Positions 36,110-45,476 of a stretch of 64,000 nucleotides of DNA are shown here, piece after piece. Position 1 is the stretch's first letter, and every line of letters begins with the position of its first letter. The stretch comes from Acidobacteriota bacterium (GTDB lineage: Bacteria > Acidobacteriota > Blastocatellia > Pyrinomonadales > Pyrinomonadaceae). The notes beneath the pieces are model-generated. The model saw nothing but the letters and a program-made list of their open reading frames with translations, was not told the DNA's origin and did no database searches. The DNA lies in contig JANNWQ010000296.1 of assembly GCA_031408595.1 (NCBI GenBank), forward strand, positions 916 to 64,915. Reading direction: 5' to 3'. Position numbers and translations under genes: made by a program.

Positions 36110-37648
36110 TCAGACTGGCCTTCGAAATGTCGACAAGAAGGAAATTAACATCTTGATCGAATCTCTTTTCACAAACGCAATGATACCGCTAACTGCCAGG
36201 CAACCGATAAGCGCCAAGACGGGGGCGTCGAGCAGCGTTAGCAATAGAACGCTGATCACACTCGGCACGAATGCAAAAAATGTCCACGAAATAGGCATCT
36301 TGGCCGAAAACCGCAACAATATCGCAAAGGTTACGACACTTGCAGTAAATGCGATCAGCGTCGCGATCGCACAACCGATCATGCCGTATTTTGGAATGAG
36401 AATGAAATTCGCCCCGACATTCACAACAGACGATGCGGTCGCTGCGACCAGCGAGATGTAAGTTGCCGAGATAGTATTGGCTAAAGCGGAGTACCCGATC
36501 GCGACCGGTATCCAAACGACTGTCGCAGACAATAAGATCCACACCGGAACTGCGGCCGGAGAAAAAGGTTCTCCGTATATGATCGGTATCGCAAAATAAA
36601 ATACTAATCCCATTGCGGCGCTCGCTACGCCCCACATCAGGACAATTCCGGGTAGCACGTTTCGAAAATAGCCGAACGAACGTTCCTTTCCGCTCTCGGC
36701 CTGCTGCGTGACCAGCAGTGGCAGTAGCACGGTATTCGCTAGGGTGGGGACCTGCATCGCGATGCCATTTATCTGCATTGCAAGCGAATACACGCCGAGA
36801 TCAGCCGTCGATAAGTAAGACGTGATAAAGATCGCATCGAGATAACTACCCGAAAAATAGCCAACGAGTCCGTACGGAACAAGCGGGAGTGAATACACTA
36901 GGATCCTCTTAAAATCTTCCCTTCGAAACGCGAATCGTTTGAAAATGACCGATCTCAATTGGATCAATCCGGCAATCAGAACTAATGCCGGGGCTACGAT
37001 GTAGCAAATTACGGCGTACTGAAACTCCAGCGAGCCTGAAATTATAAGGGCGACAATGCCGGCGAATGTTAATACTCGCTCACCCATCAGCAGAAAGCCC
37101 TGCGCACGTAACATCTTCGCGGCCTGTAACCCTTGCTGCAGATGAAGCCATACAGCACTGACAGCAAAATAACCGATAACGAGCCAGAATGATGCATGCG
37201 ACAGCTTCAGCCAGCGTGCAAGCGGATCGTACCAAAGGAATGAAAAAGCGAGAACGGCGATCAGATTTATCGTTAAAATCAGAAACCGAGTCCAAAATGT
37301 GCGGGCGACTGCCGCCGTTTCAACAAACTCATCAACCCCAAAGCGCACGACCGATATCGCCGTCCAATTGACAAAGACAAGGACGACCTGCGACGCGACG
37401 ATAACAGTGAATATGCCGCCATAGCCCTCCTTACCGAGGTGCTGCGGCCGCGTGATCAGCCAAACCGATGCGAACGCTGCGAGAGCGCTGCCGGCCTGAA
37501 ACAGGATCAACCAGAAATAATTCCCGGGAGCATTCCGGATGTCCCAACCCGAGCTCTGTCGATCAGAGGACTGCGCCGCCACGGAATTTACGTCGATCTG
37601 GTCAGATATCACGTGGCAAGTGTATTTTTCTATTGAAGCGGGTGTCAA
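36110..37648 (-). CDS. wzx: Wzx-type oligosaccharide flippase (MOP superfamily), copy 2
   Basis: Roughly 55% aa identity by eye to copy 1 along the full length. The track start at 37648 is TTG, so the true start is uncertain. Confidence 0.8.
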   Translation of the reverse strand: MTPASIEKYTCHVISDQIDVNSVAAQSSDRQSSGWDIRNAPGNYFWLILFQAGSALAAFASVWLITRPQHLGKEGYGGIFTVIVASQVVLVFVNWTAISVVRFGVDEFVETAAVARTFWTRFLILTINLIAVLAFSFLWYDPLARWLKLSHASFWLVIGYFAVSAVWLHLQQGLQAAKMLRAQGFLLMGERVLTFAGIVALIISGSLEFQYAVICYIVAPALVLIAGLIQLRSVIFKRFAFRREDFKRILVYSLPLVPYGLVGYFSGSYLDAIFITSYLSTADLGVYSLAMQINGIAMQVPTLANTVLLPLLVTQQAESGKERSFGYFRNVLPGIVLMWGVASAAMGLVFYFAIPIIYGEPFSPAAVPVWILLSATVVWIPVAIGYSALANTISATYISLVAATASSVVNVGANFILIPKYGMIGCAIATLIAFTASVVTFAILLRFSAKMPISWTFFAFVPSVISVLLLTLLDAPVLALIGCLAVSGIIAFVKRDSIKMLISFLSTFRRPV

Positions 37649-37722
37649 ACAAACGCGGTGGGAATCCGCTGATTATTGGCGTTGGCAGAATGTAATGCGG
37701 TTCGGCGATCTCGGATTTTAAC

Positions 37723-37816
37723 TTATCCATTCGGATTCGCCGCGAGGTTTATTTTACCGTTTCCATCGGCTACACTTTCCGTTCCATTCTGCTTCTGCTC
37801 TTCGATTGATTGCCAT
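37723..37816 (-). pseudogene. possible OsmC/Ohr-family N-terminal relic (frameshifted, truncated)
   Basis: Strong SD (AAAGGAGAAAAGT) then ATG. MAINRRAEAEWNGK, followed after skipping one nt by VADGNGKINLAANPNG*, resembles the OsmC N-terminus (A-x-A-x-W-x-G-x3-G-x-G-x-I). Nothing OsmC-like follows. Confidence 0.3.
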
Positions 37817-37869
37817 ACTTTTCTCCTTTAGGAAACACTTGTTATCGTCGCCACAGTTGATTGATTTTT

Positions 37870-38961
37870 CTATGCTTCTTTCGGCATAGTATTGGCAATA
37901 TCAATGACATAACGGTAGCGAACCTCACCATTTTTCATCTTTTTAAATGCGTCGTTAATTCCTTCCATCGCAATTATTTCAACGTCGGGCGTGATGCTGT
38001 GTTCGCCGCAAAAGTCTAAAACTTCTTGAGTTTCAGCAACGCCGCCGATCAGTGAACCCGCTACATTTCGGCGATGAAAAGCCACTTGCATATTGTCGGT
38101 TTCTTGTTTGAAAGGCAGTAATAGCCCCACGACAGCTAGTGTTGAATCGCGTTTCAGAAGTTTAATGAATGGATTGATGTCATGTTCGTAAGGAATTGTG
38201 TCAAGCAGAAAATCGTATTTTAATTCTAATTGGGCAAGTGCATCAGTGTCATCAGTTAAAATAAAATCTCTTGCCCCGATTTTTTTCGCGTCGGCATCTT
38301 TGTCTTCCGACGAACTGAAAACCGTAACTTCCGCACCCATTGCGACTGCAAGTTTTACAGCAAGGTGTCCGAGTCCGCCCATTCCGATAATTCCGACCTT
38401 TTGTCCGGCAGAGACGTTCCAATGTTTGAGCGGTGAATAAGTAGTTACACCTGCACAAACTATTGGTGCGACCGCTTTAACATCCAAATTTTCGGGAACT
38501 TTAAGAACGAAATTTTCTTTGACTACAATTCTATCCGAATATCCGCCGAACGTGTTCTTGCCGTCCGGTTTCATCGGACCGTTGTATGTCAAAGTTGCTC
38601 CTTTTGGTCCTTCGCAGTATTGCTCAAGGTTTTCCTGACAACTTTTGCAAACACCGCACGAATCAACCATACAGCCGACCGCGACGGTTTCTCCGACTTG
38701 AAATTTTGAAACTTCAGACCCTAACGCCGTCACACGTCCGACAATCTCGTGACCCGGAACGCAAGGATAAATCGTATTGCTCCAATCATTGTTTGCCTGA
38801 TGCAGATCGGAGTGACAAACGCCGCAGTATAAAATCTCGATCGCGACATCTTTTGCCTGGGGTTCACGCCGTTCGATTTCCATTGCACCGAGCGATGTAA
38901 ATGAATAAGTATTTCCGTAACCTATTGCTTTTGTTATAGTTTGTGTTTTTGTGCTTTCCAT
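37870..38961 (-). CDS. zinc-dependent NAD(P) alcohol dehydrogenase (cinnamyl-alcohol DH / YahK-like)
   Basis: ILYCGVCHSDLH, GHEIVGRV, GMGGLGHLAVKLA. Low-GC codon usage. Confidence 0.9.
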   Translation of the reverse strand: MESTKTQTITKAIGYGNTYSFTSLGAMEIERREPQAKDVAIEILYCGVCHSDLHQANNDWSNTIYPCVPGHEIVGRVTALGSEVSKFQVGETVAVGCMVDSCGVCKSCQENLEQYCEGPKGATLTYNGPMKPDGKNTFGGYSDRIVVKENFVLKVPENLDVKAVAPIVCAGVTTYSPLKHWNVSAGQKVGIIGMGGLGHLAVKLAVAMGAEVTVFSSSEDKDADAKKIGARDFILTDDTDALAQLELKYDFLLDTIPYEHDINPFIKLLKRDSTLAVVGLLLPFKQETDNMQVAFHRRNVAGSLIGGVAETQEVLDFCGEHSITPDVEIIAMEGINDAFKKMKNGEVRYRYVIDIANTMPKEA

Positions 38962-39028
38962 ATTAATTTTTGCTTGATTATTTTTTCCCTTAAATCACTT
39001 CTTTCGCAATATTTTTTGTTCTAACCTT

Positions 39029-40396
39029 TTAATCTAGAACGCAAATAAGTTTTTTATTCATAAATTCCTGAATTCCCAAAGCGGAAAGTTCGCGTCCGTA
39101 GCCTGAATTTTTGATTCCGCCAAAAGGCAAATCCGCCGCTGTCCACGTTGGATGATTGATAAAAACCATTCCTGTCTCAATGCGGTTTGCGACGCGTTTT
39201 CCTCGCTCAATATTCTTTGTATAAACCGAACCGCCCAAGCCAAAGTCTGAATCATTGGCGAGTGCGATTGCTTCTTCTTCATTTTTCACCCGAAAGAAAA
39301 GTGCGACGGGACCAAAAAACTCTTCCCGAAAGGCTGGATTGTTGGGTCTGATGTCAGAAAGAATGGTCGCTTCCATAAATGAGCCTTTACGGTCGATTCG
39401 CTTGCCGCCCATTACGACTTTTGCGCCTTTAGAAATAGCTGTTTCGACTTGTTCTAAAAGCCCTGCCAATGCCGCTTCCGACGAAAGCGGACCAAGAGTT
39501 GTCGCTTCATCGGCAGGATTTCCCGCTTTGAGTTTTGATAAAGCAGCTTGAAATTTTTCGAGGAAACGGTCGGCTAATTCGTCAACGACAATAAAACGCT
39601 TTGACGCTACGCAGGATTGCCCCGTGTTGTTCATTCTGCCCCAAACTGCCCATTTCACGGTTTCCTCCAGATCAGCATCTTCAAGCACAATAAAGGCATC
39701 GCTTCCGCCAAGTTCCATCGTTGATTTTTTCAGATTTTGTCCGGCTCGCTCGGCAACTTTTTTCCCTGCACCGCTGCTTCCAGTCAATGCCACGCCTTTG
39801 ATTCGCGGATCGTCAATCAATTGATTCGCCTGGTCATATGAAATCAGCAAATTTGTATACAGCCCGTCAGGTGCACCCGCATCTTTCCACAATTTTTCAA
39901 AGGCCATTGCGCATTGTGGAACGCTCGCGGAGTGTTTTACCATCACGACATTGCCCGCCATAATGTTTGGTGCGGCGAAGCGTGCAAGCTGGTAATAAGG
40001 GAAATTCCACGGCTGCACGCCAAACAAAACGCCAATCGGTTCGCTTGTAATTACGGCTTCACCTTCGTTCGGCTTGAGAATCTGCGGGGCGAGAAATTCT
40101 TCCGCATTTTCGGCGTAGTACTTAAGAATATCGGCACTGAGTTTGACTTCGCCTTTTGCTTGAGCGATCAATTTGCCCATTTCGAGTGTGACGAGTCCGG
40201 CTAATTCGTCACTATTTTCGAGCATCAGCTTCGCGGCTTTGGCGGTGATTTTTTCTCGTTCAGCAAAACTCGTGTTCCGCCAAGTTTCGTAACAGGCGAC
40301 CGCAGTTTTTACCGCTTTTTCCATCTGGTCATCGGTCTGCGACTCGAATTTTTTGATAGTTTCTCCGTTATACGGATTCGTTGTTTTATACGACAT
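39029..40396 (-). CDS. NAD(P)-dependent aldehyde dehydrogenase (succinate-semialdehyde DH-like)
   Basis: 455 aa. MELGGSDAFIV has the catalytic Glu context, and QSCVASKRF the catalytic Cys. Confidence 0.9.
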   Translation of the reverse strand: MSYKTTNPYNGETIKKFESQTDDQMEKAVKTAVACYETWRNTSFAEREKITAKAAKLMLENSDELAGLVTLEMGKLIAQAKGEVKLSADILKYYAENAEEFLAPQILKPNEGEAVITSEPIGVLFGVQPWNFPYYQLARFAAPNIMAGNVVMVKHSASVPQCAMAFEKLWKDAGAPDGLYTNLLISYDQANQLIDDPRIKGVALTGSSGAGKKVAERAGQNLKKSTMELGGSDAFIVLEDADLEETVKWAVWGRMNNTGQSCVASKRFIVVDELADRFLEKFQAALSKLKAGNPADEATTLGPLSSEAALAGLLEQVETAISKGAKVVMGGKRIDRKGSFMEATILSDIRPNNPAFREEFFGPVALFFRVKNEEEAIALANDSDFGLGGSVYTKNIERGKRVANRIETGMVFINHPTWTAADLPFGGIKNSGYGRELSALGIQEFMNKKLICVLD

Positions 40397-40412
40397 AATA
40401 TTGATATTTCGA

Positions 40413-41348
40413 TCACGGCTGTGCTACATACAAGACGATCTTGCCAATCGAATGTCCTGATTCGCTTAGTTCGTGTGCTTTCGCAATGTCGGCAAGTGCG
40501 AATTCTGCACCGATAACGGGACGGACCTTTCCTTCGTCGACCAGCTCGGCGATTTGCGTCAGAATCTCCGCATTCGGTTCAATGAAAATGAATGCACTAC
40601 GAACTTTATGTTTTGCAGCGGCTTCGTCCGAAGGTTGGCTAACGATCGAAACCAAGATCCCGCCTTGCCTCAGAGCTGACCACGAACGCTCTTGTACTTC
40701 GCCGCCGACAGTATCGAAAACTACGTCAACCTCACTGACGATCTCTTCAAATTTTTGAGTTTTATAGTCGATGACGTCATCCGCACCCAAAGATTTGACC
40801 AACGCCAGATTTTTGGTTGAAGTTGTGGAAATGACATACGCTCCACGCGATTTTGCCAGTTGGATCGCCAGCGAACCGACTCCGCCCGAACCTCCGTGAA
40901 TCAATATTTTTTGATCTGAGGAGAGTTTTGCGGTCGTGAAAAGTGCCTCCCAAGCCGTGATTCCCGCCAATGGTAGGGACGCAGATTCAACGTGCGAGAT
41001 CGTTTTCGGTTTGAAGGCCACTTCGCCTTCATCAACCGCAACAAATTCTGCATAAGTTCCGTCTCGCTTGACGTCGGGACGCGAAAACACTGCATCGCCA
41101 ACCTTGAATTTCGTTACGTCTTTACCGATTGATTCAACGATACCCGAAACGTCCCAGCCAAGGATAACGGGCATCGAATACGAAACCATTTCTTTCAAAT
41201 GACCCTCGCGGATCTTCCAGTCCACAGGATTTACTGATGTCGCAACTACTTTGATTAAGAGATCGTTGGCTCCGACCATCGGCATCGGTGCGTCTTCAAA
41301 AATTAATTCGCCCGAATTGCCGTATTTATGGATTCTTACTGCTTTCAT
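40413..41348 (-). CDS. MDR-family NADPH:quinone oxidoreductase-like dehydrogenase
   Basis: The ATG at 41348 gives MKAVRIHKYG...; ILIHGGSGGVGSLAIQLAK. Confidence 0.85.
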   Translation of the reverse strand: MKAVRIHKYGNSGELIFEDAPMPMVGANDLLIKVVATSVNPVDWKIREGHLKEMVSYSMPVILGWDVSGIVESIGKDVTKFKVGDAVFSRPDVKRDGTYAEFVAVDEGEVAFKPKTISHVESASLPLAGITAWEALFTTAKLSSDQKILIHGGSGGVGSLAIQLAKSRGAYVISTTSTKNLALVKSLGADDVIDYKTQKFEEIVSEVDVVFDTVGGEVQERSWSALRQGGILVSIVSQPSDEAAAKHKVRSAFIFIEPNAEILTQIAELVDEGKVRPVIGAEFALADIAKAHELSESGHSIGKIVLYVAQP

Positions 41349-41887
41349 TTTGCTTCTCACTTGTCTTCTTGTTTTCAACCGTTCGGCTATTTTTCTGCTT
41401 ACTCATCGTGTTGAGAGTCACTGTTGATTATTGTTGTAAATCAGTGCGGAAACGTCTGCTACTTTTGTCTTAGTTCGTGGATCCGAAGACTATATAGCTT
41501 CTTCCAAGGCAGAAGTTTTTAGCGATTTTCTATCGTAAAAACTAGAGTAAGAGTTCGTCGAGGAAATGTCGGTGTGATAACGCACACACGGACAAAAATA
41601 GTAGGAGGCGTGAATTGCTTATTGAACGTGGGTTCCGGTCTTAAGCAACGAGAACCGTACCGCTACAGTCGTTTATTCGCTTCCGTTCTTTTCAAGCAGA
41701 TTCCCGTGAAAATGTAAGCAGGACGGGTTACTCCTGCCAAGTATCTTAAACGATAAGAGTTTTATTGTGATGTACTGGCTACGCCTTCTGGCAAGCCGCG
41801 ATCGACCTGCCTGCCTGTCGCGACGAATTCATTAGGCTTTTTTCGAAATGTCTGCGTCTGAACACAATGTGGATCCGAAGTCGAGTC

Positions 41888-42712
41888 ATGAGACCTAAAT
41901 TTTCATTCATATTTGCAGCACTGCTGAGCATTTTGCTTGTCAGCGTTTCGCATTCTGCACAAAAGGTTAGGAGAATTACGTACAACAACGAAAGTGTCGA
42001 TATTGTCATAGATAAGCCCACAAACTATTTCGTCGACGTTCTAATTGCATATCCGGGGACGGTCGCATCGGACGCTGAGATTCTTCCCGCGGCGAGGAAC
42101 ATTTTGGCTCGAGTCAAGGAAATTACCAATCGGACGGATATGATGATCTTCAGTGTAGCGTATCCGCAAGAGGGGCGACTATTCGGTGACGGCATCCGCG
42201 AGGCTGAGGCTGCACTGCTCTGGGTAAAGGAAAAAAGCCGAAAAGAACTGAAAAGGAAGGTGCGAAAGATATTCCTGATCGGTCATTCGCAGGGCGGATA
42301 CATGGTCACAAGACTAAACACGCTGCATGCGACTGATGGTGTCGTATCCAATGCTCCCGGGCCATTGAACCTTGTGTACCGATGCGGACTCGAGGAATCA
42401 GGCCAGGCTCCGCCAGGGGCCGTTTGCACACTGCTGAGACAGACCTATGGAACAACCGCCGCCAATCCAGCGGCGTACATGGCAAGGTCTCTACTAAGTT
42501 TCACCGAAAACCATCGGTCCGACATTCTTTTTGTGCAGGGAATGCAGGATTCGCCAATCCAATTATTTTCGTGGCCCACCTTCAGGCAACAGATGACAAA
42601 TTGCACCAAGTGCCAAAACCGCCAATTCGTCGAAGTTGCCAACGGAGGACACACGTCATTATTCGAGAGCCCCATAGCCATAAGCGCCTACACCGCCTTC
42701 ATCAACCGCTGA
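41888..42712 (+). CDS. secreted alpha/beta hydrolase (esterase/lipase-like)
   Basis: The ATG at 41888 gives the signal peptide MRPKFSFIFAALLSILLVSVSHSAQ. Nucleophile elbow GHSQGG. Confidence 0.8.
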   Translation: MRPKFSFIFAALLSILLVSVSHSAQKVRRITYNNESVDIVIDKPTNYFVDVLIAYPGTVASDAEILPAARNILARVKEITNRTDMMIFSVAYPQEGRLFGDGIREAEAALLWVKEKSRKELKRKVRKIFLIGHSQGGYMVTRLNTLHATDGVVSNAPGPLNLVYRCGLEESGQAPPGAVCTLLRQTYGTTAANPAAYMARSLLSFTENHRSDILFVQGMQDSPIQLFSWPTFRQQMTNCTKCQNRQFVEVANGGHTSLFESPIAISAYTAFINR

Positions 42713-42925
42713 TGTGATTCAAAGGTATTCTTCGCTTAGGGGGGCGTCCGCCCTCTTATTTAGAGGTCGATGCTTTGAACCCGCCTCCTTTCCACGTTCT
42801 TCTTTCAAACGTTCTTCTTTTCGAATACGGGATCCGCGAGACAAGCACACTCATTTAATGGCAATTCAAGTCTTTCCGTTTTGAAGATACAATGAAAACA
42901 TGGGATAAAACGGTGCTTGAGATCG

Positions 42926-43096
42926 ATGAAGAATGTTAAGAAACAGGATCTGCCTACCAAAACCTGCGAAGTTTGTAACCGGCCTTTTGCGTGGCGGAAA
43001 AAGTGGGAAAAGGTTTGGGGGGAAGTAAAGTTTTGCAGTGACAAGTGCAGAACGAACAAGGGGAAAAATAGACACGGGGAAGCTATAAATATATGA
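42926..43096 (+). CDS. DUF2256 zinc-ribbon small protein (56 aa, below the ORF-track cutoff)
   Basis: Hand translation MKNVKKQDLPTKTCEVCNRPFAWRKKWEKVWGEVKFCSDKCRTNKGKNRHGEAINI*. CxxC...FxWRKKW...CSxxC pattern. ATGA overlap with the SDR start. Confidence 0.65.
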   Translation: MKNVKKQDLPTKTCEVCNRPFAWRKKWEKVWGEVKFCSDKCRTNKGKNRHGEAINI

Positions 43097-43815
43097 ATTT
43101 AGAATCAAAAACTGCCTTGGTCGTAGGTGCGAGTAGAGGGATCGGCCGAGCGGTCGCCGAGTTATTTGCTCGATCCGGTGCAAATGTCTGCATCACATCC
43201 AGAACTCAGCCGGAACTGATGGAACTGGAATACAAGCTGAACACGCAGGGCTATCCGAATGTTCTGGCGAATGAGGCGGACGCGGAATCAGAGAGCGACG
43301 TGCAAACGGTCGTCGACCAAACAATGCAGCGATTTGGTTCGATAGACTATTTGATCCACGCGGCCGGGGCGGGCGTCCTGAAGCCTTTCAACGAACTTAA
43401 ATTAGCCGATCTCAATTTTCTTTTGAATGCGAATTTGCGAACAGCATTCAACGTTTTCCAGGCGGTTTTGCCGATAATGCAGGAGCAAAAATTCGGCCGG
43501 GTGGTGGCATTTCCGGGAATTTTGGGGAAAGCTCCGATGATGCAGGCAAGTGCGTATTGTGCCGCAAAGTACGGATTGAGCGGAATGGTAAAATGTCTCG
43601 CTCAGGAATATAAACGATTTGGAATTCGGTTTACCCTGATGCACTTAGGCGGCGTTGATTCGGATTTTTGGAATAATGTCACAATGAAAGTTCAGCGAGA
43701 CAAGATGCTCAACGTCGAAGCCGCCGCCGAGGCCACGTTCTTTGCCGCAACCCAACCGGGCGAGGGCGTGATGGCGGAAGTTGTCCTAATGCCGGAGAAT
43801 CATCAACTCATTTAG
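43093..43815 (+). CDS. short-chain dehydrogenase/reductase (SDR)
   Basis: ALVVGASRGIGRAV, YCAAK (YxxxK). Confidence 0.85.
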   Translation: MNLESKTALVVGASRGIGRAVAELFARSGANVCITSRTQPELMELEYKLNTQGYPNVLANEADAESESDVQTVVDQTMQRFGSIDYLIHAAGAGVLKPFNELKLADLNFLLNANLRTAFNVFQAVLPIMQEQKFGRVVAFPGILGKAPMMQASAYCAAKYGLSGMVKCLAQEYKRFGIRFTLMHLGGVDSDFWNNVTMKVQRDKMLNVEAAAEATFFAATQPGEGVMAEVVLMPENHQLI

Positions 43816-43831
43816 CTGTTCAGCAGGTCAT

Positions 43832-45049
43832 ATGGTAACGATCATTGGAGCAGGGATCGCAGGTTTGACCTGCGCGAAATATCTGCGAGATAAAGGCGTC
43901 GAAGCACTGATCTTGGAAGCAGCAGACCAAGTCGGTGGTCGCGTGCGTACCGACTCGGTCAATGGGTTTAAGCTCGACCGAGGCTTTCAGGTTCTACTGA
44001 CCTCATACCCTGAGGCTGAAAAATTGCTGGATTACGACGCCCTACGGCTCAAAAAGATCCCTTCTGGTGCAAGGATACGCAACGGCAACGAATTTTTTAC
44101 GATGCCCAATCCGCTTAAAAATATCCTTTCGGCACCACAGGCATTATTTTCTCCAGTCGGGAGTTTCATTGATAAATTCAAGATCCTGCAGCTTAATTTG
44201 GCAACACAAAATTCCGCCGAGCCGGACTCACGATTAGACGATACGACAGTTTCGTTCTTAAAGGGTTTTGGCTTTTCGGAAACAATGCTCGACCGCTTTT
44301 TCATTCCGTTTTTTCGCGGGGTTTTCCTGGAAAAAGATTTACGGACCAATTCAGCTCTCTTCAAATTTTTATACTCGCAATTTTCTAAGGGCGACGTGGT
44401 AATTCCCGAAGACGGAATGCAGGCAATTCCGGAACAGATCAAAAGCCATTTGTCGCCGGAGCAAATTCGCTTGAATACCAAGGTCGAGAAGATCGACGGC
44501 AGCCAGATGTTCCTGCAAAATGGCGAAATCATCGAATCCGACACGATCGTGATGGCTACCGATGCACATACGGCCGCCCGGTTGCTCGGTGAGAAATCGC
44601 ACACTGGATTCAACGGCACGACCTGCATATATTTTGAGAGCGATTCACCTTTGGATCTCGTCGGTGAGCCGTTTCTCATCATCAATTCAAACAAAGACGA
44701 ACTGATCGATCATGTTTTGCCGGTTTCGGACATCATTCCGTCGTTCGCACCGGCTGGGAAGACGCTCATCTCGGTCAATGTTGTTGGGGATAGGGTAGCG
44801 ACCGAGCAGGAAATAAGATCGGAATTATCTGATTGGTTTGGACGGGATAAGGATTGGAACCACCTAAAAACCTACAAAATTCCAAAAGCTCTACCGCAGT
44901 TTTTTGCCGAGTCGCCATCGCGATACGACCTGAAGATCAGCGATAATTTATATCGCTGTGGCGACTATACCGCCTACCCATCACTCAACGCGGCGATGAG
45001 ATCAGGACGTCTGGTGGCAGAACTTATCACGAGCGAAATAACAACTTAG
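43832..45049 (+). CDS. NAD(P)/FAD-dependent oxidoreductase (amine oxidase/desaturase-like)
   Basis: MVTIIGAGIAGLTCAKYL dinucleotide-binding motif, 405 aa. Confidence 0.85.
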   Translation: MVTIIGAGIAGLTCAKYLRDKGVEALILEAADQVGGRVRTDSVNGFKLDRGFQVLLTSYPEAEKLLDYDALRLKKIPSGARIRNGNEFFTMPNPLKNILSAPQALFSPVGSFIDKFKILQLNLATQNSAEPDSRLDDTTVSFLKGFGFSETMLDRFFIPFFRGVFLEKDLRTNSALFKFLYSQFSKGDVVIPEDGMQAIPEQIKSHLSPEQIRLNTKVEKIDGSQMFLQNGEIIESDTIVMATDAHTAARLLGEKSHTGFNGTTCIYFESDSPLDLVGEPFLIINSNKDELIDHVLPVSDIIPSFAPAGKTLISVNVVGDRVATEQEIRSELSDWFGRDKDWNHLKTYKIPKALPQFFAESPSRYDLKISDNLYRCGDYTAYPSLNAAMRSGRLVAELITSEITT

Positions 45050-45076
45050 CCCGCTTGTGCTCTTGTTTTCAATGTC

Positions 45077-45247
45077 TCAAGGATGTTCCGCTCCGTCGTC
45101 AGGGAGGTTGCCATGATAGAGCTCGCTGCGTGTCAGCACGAATTCCTTCGCCTTTTCCGCCATTCCGACTGCCAATGCTTTTTCAGCTCCGATATTTTGC
45201 ACTTTGGCATATTCCCTTACATCCTGGGTGATTTTCATTGAGTAGAA
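45077..45247 (-). pseudogene. 3'-terminal relic of a thiC paralog
   Basis: [47 protein letters not shown] aligns with [47 protein letters not shown] at the C-terminus of intact ThiC (49067..51049). About 75% aa and ~70% nt identity by eye. Upstream residues are unrelated. Confidence 0.75.
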
Positions 45248-45476
45248 GTTTAGTCTAATCCGATATACAAAAAGGACTAAGCCGAAACCTCGTCCAATCA
45301 AAACATCAAACTAGAAATTTTGAATGATGTTGGGCAAATTGCTGTGATAACTTTCGACGCCGCGAAATATATGCTACGCAGTTGGCGGCTTGCTTGTTGC
45401 AAACATCCAAGCTAACACGACTAAAATCCTTGCGACACTACTTCTTAGAATTTCTCGTGTCATCGAACAGCCTCCC

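Noticed and set aside
41477-41880. 12-nt direct repeat GTGGATCCGAAG at 41477 and 41869, a possible target-site duplication flanking a 392-nt AT-rich segment.
   Set aside because: Exact 12-mer pairs within 500 nt are expected about twice per 64 kb by chance. There are no terminal inverted repeats or other element features.
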